Positions 27,413 through 32,000 of a stretch of 32,000 nucleotides of DNA are shown one piece after another (position 1 is the stretch's first letter; every line of letters starts with the position of its first letter). The notes under the pieces were generated by a model, which saw only the letters and a list, made by a program, of their open reading frames with translations, was not told the DNA's origin and ran no database searches. The translations under genes were made by a program, and so were the position numbers. Source of the stretch: Alkanindiges illinoisensis DSM 15370. Its GTDB lineage: Bacteria > Pseudomonadota > Gammaproteobacteria > Pseudomonadales > Moraxellaceae. The stretch is from contig NZ_JHUX01000003.1 of assembly GCF_000619845.1 (NCBI RefSeq), forward strand, positions 760,064 through 792,063. Direction: 5' to 3'.

Positions 27413-28950
27413 CCACTTCTTCTATTACGCCTGATCGCCTGAATGACGGTTCAAATGGTAATAAAGCGGGCAAAGACAGATCTGCTGCTGAAGCACGACG
27501 CAGAATCATTGAGAAATCATTAACCAAAAGGCATAGCCGTGAAAACCTTTTTCGCAGGTTAGGCCTTGCTGCCGTATCTCTTGGCCTGCTGTTTGTTGCC
27601 TTGTTTTTTGTCAGTATCTTATGGCGTGGTTTACCTGCATTCTGGCAATCTGCAATCCCAGTCAATGTGTATTTTGATCCTGCAATTGTTCAGGTGCCTG
27701 CACGTCCGGTTCAAATGGCCAATGAAACGCCCGCAGATTTTAAAAAGCGTGATCTGGCATGGCAAGGGCAATTGGGACTGGTGGATTGGGATGCGCTGAT
27801 TGTTAATAGTCTGGTCGCTAAAAATCCAAAAATTGCGCCTGAGCTTAAAGATCCAGCCAAACTGGCGGCACTGAACCAGCAAATGGCCGACAATCCTGAT
27901 GCATTTACTGAAGAAAGCTTGGCAGCCAATCCTGCTTTAGCCGCACAGGTGAAAGTTTCGGAAACTGCTGATAGCAAACGTGCCAGTTTGATTAGCCTGT
28001 TTGAAAATGGTGAAGGCTATCGTCTGCGTGATCTGGTCAAGAATGATCCCTCACTGATTGGCAAAAGCCAGAACGTTTCTTTATGGGCAGCAGCCAATGT
28101 AGATGTATGGCTATCCGGGAATATTGATCGCAGCCTGCCGGACGAGCAGCAGCAGTTATCGCCAGAAGTACGCCAAATCGCTGATCAGTTACAAGCCGAA
28201 GGTGTGATCCAGAATAAATTCAATACCCCATTATTTTTAAATCCTGATTCACGCAATGCACCAGCAACCAGCGGTTTAGCCGGTGCTTTCGTCGGCACGC
28301 TATACATGATGCTGATTGTACTGATATTTACCATCCCTGTTGGGGTGGCCGGTGCAGTGTATCTGGAAGAATTTGCTCCTCGCAACCGCTTAACCGATCT
28401 GATTGAAGTCAATATCAATAACCTTGCGGCAGTACCTTCCATTATCTTTGGTTTGCTGGGTGCTGCAATTTTTATCAGTGCATTTGATCTGCCACGTTCC
28501 GCACCGCTGGTTGGTGGCCTTGTATTGAGTCTACTCACCTTGCCAACCGTAATTATTGCAACACGGGCATCATTGCGTGCTGTTCCACCATCAATCCGTC
28601 AGGCTGCACTGGGTTTAGGTGCATCCAAAATGCAAAGCGTATTTCATCATGTATTGCCGCTGGCAATTCCAGGTATTTTGACGGGTGTAATTATTGGCTT
28701 GGCGCATGCACTGGGTGAAACAGCACCTTTGCTGTTAATTGGCATGAAAGCATTCGTGGCCTCTGTTCCGCATTCACCCCTGGAGCCTTCAACCGCGCTA
28801 CCCGTACAGGTGTATTTGTGGCAAGGCAATGAACTGCGTAATTTCTTCGAAGCGCGTACCGCAGCAGCCATTATTGTATTGCTGGCCTTGCTGATTAGCT
28901 TAAATGGTCTGGCAATCTGGTTGCGCAAGAAGTTTGAAGTCAGATGGTAA
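27409..28950 (+). CDS. pstA: Phosphate ABC transporter permease PstA (long form with a large periplasmic insertion)
   Basis: The ATG overlaps the pstC stop (ATGA at 27409..27412). The C-terminal core contains [14 protein letters not shown], and there is an insertion of about 200 aa after TM1. Confidence 0.9.
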   Translation: MTTSSITPDRLNDGSNGNKAGKDRSAAEARRRIIEKSLTKRHSRENLFRRLGLAAVSLGLLFVALFFVSILWRGLPAFWQSAIPVNVYFDPAIVQVPARPVQMANETPADFKKRDLAWQGQLGLVDWDALIVNSLVAKNPKIAPELKDPAKLAALNQQMADNPDAFTEESLAANPALAAQVKVSETADSKRASLISLFENGEGYRLRDLVKNDPSLIGKSQNVSLWAAANVDVWLSGNIDRSLPDEQQQLSPEVRQIADQLQAEGVIQNKFNTPLFLNPDSRNAPATSGLAGAFVGTLYMMLIVLIFTIPVGVAGAVYLEEFAPRNRLTDLIEVNINNLAAVPSIIFGLLGAAIFISAFDLPRSAPLVGGLVLSLLTLPTVIIATRASLRAVPPSIRQAALGLGASKMQSVFHHVLPLAIPGILTGVIIGLAHALGETAPLLLIGMKAFVASVPHSPLEPSTALPVQVYLWQGNELRNFFEARTAAAIIVLLALLISLNGLAIWLRKKFEVRW

Positions 28951-28981
28951 GCAGTCAATAACCCGTTTAATAGGTGTTAAA

Positions 28982-29917
28982 ATGAATATGAGTGCGGCTT
29001 TAACCAGCAAGAACACAGTAGCAAAAAATGTGGATTCCACCATGAATGAGAAACAACAACTGGAGCAACTGGAAAACACCAGTGCTCACCCTGTGCCACC
29101 GATGCATTTTGATGTTCAGGCGCGTCCTGAATTGGGTCAACCATCTAAGGCAAAAGCACAAAACACCAAAATCAGCGCCTCTGATGTCCATGTGTATTAT
29201 GGTGAAAAAGAGGCCATTAAAGGGATTGACTTAAATATCTATGAAAACGAAGTCATTGCTTTTATCGGGCCATCAGGTTGTGGTAAATCAACATTCTTGC
29301 GCACGCTGAATCGTATGAATGACACGATTGATAGCTGCCGGGTCACCGGAAAAGTACTCATGGATGGCCATGATATTTATGATCCGTCACTTGACGTGGT
29401 GATGCTGCGTGCGCAGGTCGGCATGGTTTTTCAAAAGCCCAATCCATTTCCAAAATCCATTTTTGACAATGTGGCTTATGGTCCCAAGTTGCATGGCTTG
29501 GCTAAGGATCGCTACGAGCTGGATGAAATTGTTGAAAACAGCTTGCGCCGTGCGGGCTTGTGGGAAGAAGTAAAAGACCGTTTGAATCAGCCGGGCACAG
29601 GGTTATCAGGTGGCCAGCAACAGCGTTTGTGTATTGCACGCACCATTGCAGTAAGCCCGGAAGTAATCCTCATGGATGAACCTTGTTCAGCACTTGATCC
29701 GATTGCAACGGCCAAGATTGAAGAGTTAATCAGTGAGTTATCCAGCCAGTATACCATTGCAATTGTAACGCACTCCATGCAACAGGCTGCGCGGGTGTCA
29801 ACACGTACCGCATACTTTCATCTGGGTGAATTGATTGAAGTCAACGCCACAGAAAAAGTATTTACCCAGCCGGATCATCAGCTTACCGAAGCCTACATTA
29901 CCGGACGTTTCGGTTAA
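28982..29917 (+). CDS. pstB: Phosphate ABC transporter ATP-binding protein
   Basis: The translation shows Walker [10 protein letters not shown], the signature [13 protein letters not shown], Walker [13 protein letters not shown] and the C-terminal [11 protein letters not shown] start at the ATG at 28982 (MNMSAAL), which leaves an N-terminal extension of about 50 aa relative to E. coli PstB. The ORF-track start at 28904 overlaps pstA and is rejected. Confidence 0.92.
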   Translation: MNMSAALTSKNTVAKNVDSTMNEKQQLEQLENTSAHPVPPMHFDVQARPELGQPSKAKAQNTKISASDVHVYYGEKEAIKGIDLNIYENEVIAFIGPSGCGKSTFLRTLNRMNDTIDSCRVTGKVLMDGHDIYDPSLDVVMLRAQVGMVFQKPNPFPKSIFDNVAYGPKLHGLAKDRYELDEIVENSLRRAGLWEEVKDRLNQPGTGLSGGQQQRLCIARTIAVSPEVILMDEPCSALDPIATAKIEELISELSSQYTIAIVTHSMQQAARVSTRTAYFHLGELIEVNATEKVFTQPDHQLTEAYITGRFG

Positions 29918-29962
29918 TCCCTAAAAAGCATTGCATTGTAATGACAAAATAATGATACATAG

Positions 29963-30598
29963 CTAACGTGGAGCAGCATAAGCTTTAAAGTCATCTGGAT
30001 GGAATGAGCTGGTTGCTCCCAATTCTTTTAGCATTTCCCTGGCGGTTTGTTGATCTGCTGTGAGCCATTCCATGCGCAAATGAGCTGGAATGACAACAAT
30101 AGACCTTTTTTCATCCTCAGGGGCATGAAAATGCTTCATTAGCGAATGCTGGTCTGCATTTACCGTAAGCATGGTCATGGAACGCACCAGTTCATCATGC
30201 TGCTGGGCTAATTCATACAGCGCTGCAACCGTAAATGGTTGATCATCGTTGCGTTCGATGGCCCAACGCTCGGGTTTATTGTTTAAATAGCGCGGCTCAT
30301 AAATGCTTTCTACCGCAACCAGCGCAAACTGATGGTTGCGCCATGCCTGCCTGAAACTGGGTTTCTCTGCTACAGTTTCCAGTCGTGCATTGTAGGTATG
30401 CCGACTAATTTTGGAATCTTCTGCCCATTTGGGAATCAAGCCAAAAATAGCTTCACGCCATTCCATATGATTTTTATGCTTCACCAGTATAGGACTGTTA
30501 TAGCCGGGATAAACCTCGCTTTTATAATCAAACGTCGGTGGAAATAAGTCCAGAATTGGCGAAAGTTCGGGGCGTAGCGGTTTAAAATTGGCACACAT
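29963..30598 (-). CDS. SOS response-associated peptidase (SRAP/YedK, DUF159) family protein
   Basis: The start is set at MCANF because SRAP chemistry requires Cys2 at the N-terminus. The NARLET, YEP (Glu) and HFH motifs align with YedK N75/E105/H160. The 17-codon TTG-initiated extension to 30649 is rejected. Confidence 0.8.
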   Translation of the reverse strand: MCANFKPLRPELSPILDLFPPTFDYKSEVYPGYNSPILVKHKNHMEWREAIFGLIPKWAEDSKISRHTYNARLETVAEKPSFRQAWRNHQFALVAVESIYEPRYLNNKPERWAIERNDDQPFTVAALYELAQQHDELVRSMTMLTVNADQHSLMKHFHAPEDEKRSIVVIPAHLRMEWLTADQQTAREMLKELGATSSFHPDDFKAYAAPR

Positions 30599-30718
30599 GA
30601 CAGGAAAATACTGGATATGATTTTCAAGTGTGGCATAGCTTAAAGCCAAGCGCCATGCCAGTTGAAAGACAGATTGATGAAAAATAAATCAACCTTCTAA
30701 AAACTTTATGTTTTGCCT

Positions 30719-30746
30719 TTGCACCTTGAAAGACATGGTGTATTAT
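30719..30746 (+). promoter_or_regulatory. Possible promoter for the CAU tRNA (TTGCAC - 16 nt - TATTAT)
   Basis: The hexamers are read directly from the sequence. The leader to the tRNA would be about 70 nt. Confidence 0.3.
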
Positions 30747-30819
30747 CTGCCCGCAATGTAACTGATCTACTTGATAAAATTATTTTTAGTTTTTCAAGAG
30801 ATTTGTCAGTACAAATCAA

Positions 30820-30896
<77 letters not shown>

Positions 30897-31216
30897 TAAT
30901 TATCAATAACTTAAGCTCCTGACTGCCTATCTTTTAACTTAATAATTTTCTGTGTAAGCGTTATATAAACGTAAGCTTAAATCTGATTTTTCACTCATTT
31001 TTAACATCAAATTTTGCAAAAATCCTCAATCAGCCAGAAAGTTTCTGTAAAATAACCTCCTGAAAAATGCTTAATCAGTTTGGATGTTTCTTTTAACCGG
31101 ATTCTGGATTAATCCTAAGCCTTTTTATGAAACTTCATTGTTTCAAATCTCCGTTATATCCCAGTATTTGCAATCTTAAGTATCCGTGGTGATGCCTAAG
31201 AGTTTTAGGTGCCAAC

Positions 31217-32000
31217 ATGGAAATCAAAGTCAATTATCTCGATAACCTTCGTCAGGAAGCCAAGTTTGATGACTTTACGGTAATTGCCGATCAACCCATC
31301 CGCTATAAGGGTGATGGCTCAGCCCCTGGGCCTTTTGACTATTTTCTGGCATCTTCTGCGCTTTGTGCTGCCTACTTTGTCAAGGTTTACTGTGCAGCAC
31401 GTCAAATTCCAACTGACAACATCCGTTTATCACAAAATAATATTGTTGACCCTGAAAATCGCTATAAACAGATTTTTAAAATTCAGATTGAACTGCCAGC
31501 CGATATTTCTGACAAAGACCGGCAGGGCATTTTGCGCTCTATTGACCGCTGCACTGTCAAAAAGGTGATTCAGGCTGGCCCGGAATTTATCATTGAAGAA
31601 GTCGAAAGCATTGACGCTGATGCGCAAGCGCTATTAATGCCAAGTCTAGCCTCGGCAAGCAGCACTTATATTGCCGGCAAAGACCTGCCGCTGGAACAAA
31701 CCATTGCCAATATGTCGGCTATTTTAGCCAATCTGGGCATGAAGATTGAAATTGCATCGTGGCGTAATATTGTTCCCAATGTGTGGTCGCTACATATCCG
31801 TGATGCCCAGTCACCCATGTGCTTTACCAATGGGAAAGGTGCAACCAAGGAAAGTGCATTGGCATCAGCCTTAGGCGAATTTATAGAACGCTTAAACTGC
31901 AACTTTTTCTATAACGACCAGTTCTGGGGCGAAGATATCGCCAATGCAGATTTTGTGCATTATCCCGATGAAAAATGGTTTAAGCCGGGTAAAAAAGATG
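31217..32000 (+). CDS. OsmC-domain / YcaO-domain fusion protein, 5' partial (continues beyond the window)
   Basis: I translated this manually because the frame stays open to the window end and is therefore absent from the ORF track. Residues 1 to about 130 look OsmC/Ohr-like (GPFDYFLASSALCAAYF ... DRCTVKK). From about residue 145 onward the sequence aligns almost residue for residue with the N-terminus of E. coli YcaO (ASWRNIVPNVWSLHIRD...CFTNGKGATKESALASALGEFIERL...FVHYPDEKWF). Confidence 0.85.
   Translation, partial: MEIKVNYLDNLRQEAKFDDFTVIADQPIRYKGDGSAPGPFDYFLASSALCAAYFVKVYCAARQIPTDNIRLSQNNIVDPENRYKQIFKIQIELPADISDKDRQGILRSIDRCTVKKVIQAGPEFIIEEVESIDADAQALLMPSLASASSTYIAGKDLPLEQTIANMSAILANLGMKIEIASWRNIVPNVWSLHIRDAQSPMCFTNGKGATKESALASALGEFIERLNCNFFYNDQFWGEDIANADFVHYPDEKWFKPGKKD

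Noticed and set aside
26067-28958. Numerous off-frame and antisense ORFs inside pstC, pstA and the pstB 5' end (e.g. 27037..27390, 27378..27665, 28185..28538, 28647..28958).
   Set aside because: All are nested within confidently assigned permease genes and have no independent support.
28904-28981. The ORF-track N-terminal extension of pstB.
   Set aside because: It overlaps the pstA 3' end. The ATG at 28982, preceded by TAGGTG, fits better, though the N-terminus remains long.
30599-30649. A 17-codon TTG-initiated extension of the SRAP gene.
   Set aside because: SRAP/YedK enzymes need the catalytic Cys as residue 2 after the initiator Met. MCANF at 30598 satisfies this requirement.
31284-31902. 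ORF-track entries 31284..31568 (+), 31430..31627 (-) and 31666..31902 (-).
   Set aside because: They are overlapped by the open frame from 31217, whose translation matches OsmC and E. coli YcaO closely. These are off-frame artefacts.

Overview
This window looks like a mostly housekeeping chromosomal segment of a gammaproteobacterium. The taxon is probably Pseudomonadales/Moraxellales and Acinetobacter-like; that is an inference from the protein families and the long-form Pst permeases and has not been verified. Left to right, the window contains: a divergent TetR regulator plus an EmrA/EmrB-type efflux pair; prpB-prpC (methylcitrate cycle); malate synthase G; NAD kinase; a YeaC/DUF1315 protein; a secreted hypothetical; a SohB-type S49 peptidase; a small helical hypothetical; a DJ-1/PfpI protein; a YbiB/TrpD2-like protein; an acyl-CoA dehydrogenase; a visibly A+T-rich islet with two small orphan genes; a lipoprotein; the kdsD-kdsC-lptC-lptA-lptB block (minus strand); cysS; tRNA-Gly(GCC); another A+T-rich orphan followed by about 420 bp of non-coding A+T-rich DNA; pitA; pstSCAB with a clear Pho box; an SRAP/YedK-like gene; a CAU-anticodon tRNA (probably tRNA-Ile2); and the 5' part of an OsmC-YcaO fusion gene that runs off the window and is missing from the ORF track. 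I found no CRISPR array, IS element, integrase, or recognisable defence or secretion system, and no convincing novel multi-gene system. The observations most worth a second look are: the two A+T-rich orphan islets; a degenerate A-rich repeat array and a Cys-rich 26-codon sORF translationally coupled to pstC; the OsmC-YcaO fusion; DNA-level heptad repeats forming both arms of the EmrA coiled coil; and a few strong palindromic operator candidates. Every family assignment comes from reading the translations by eye; no database search was run.
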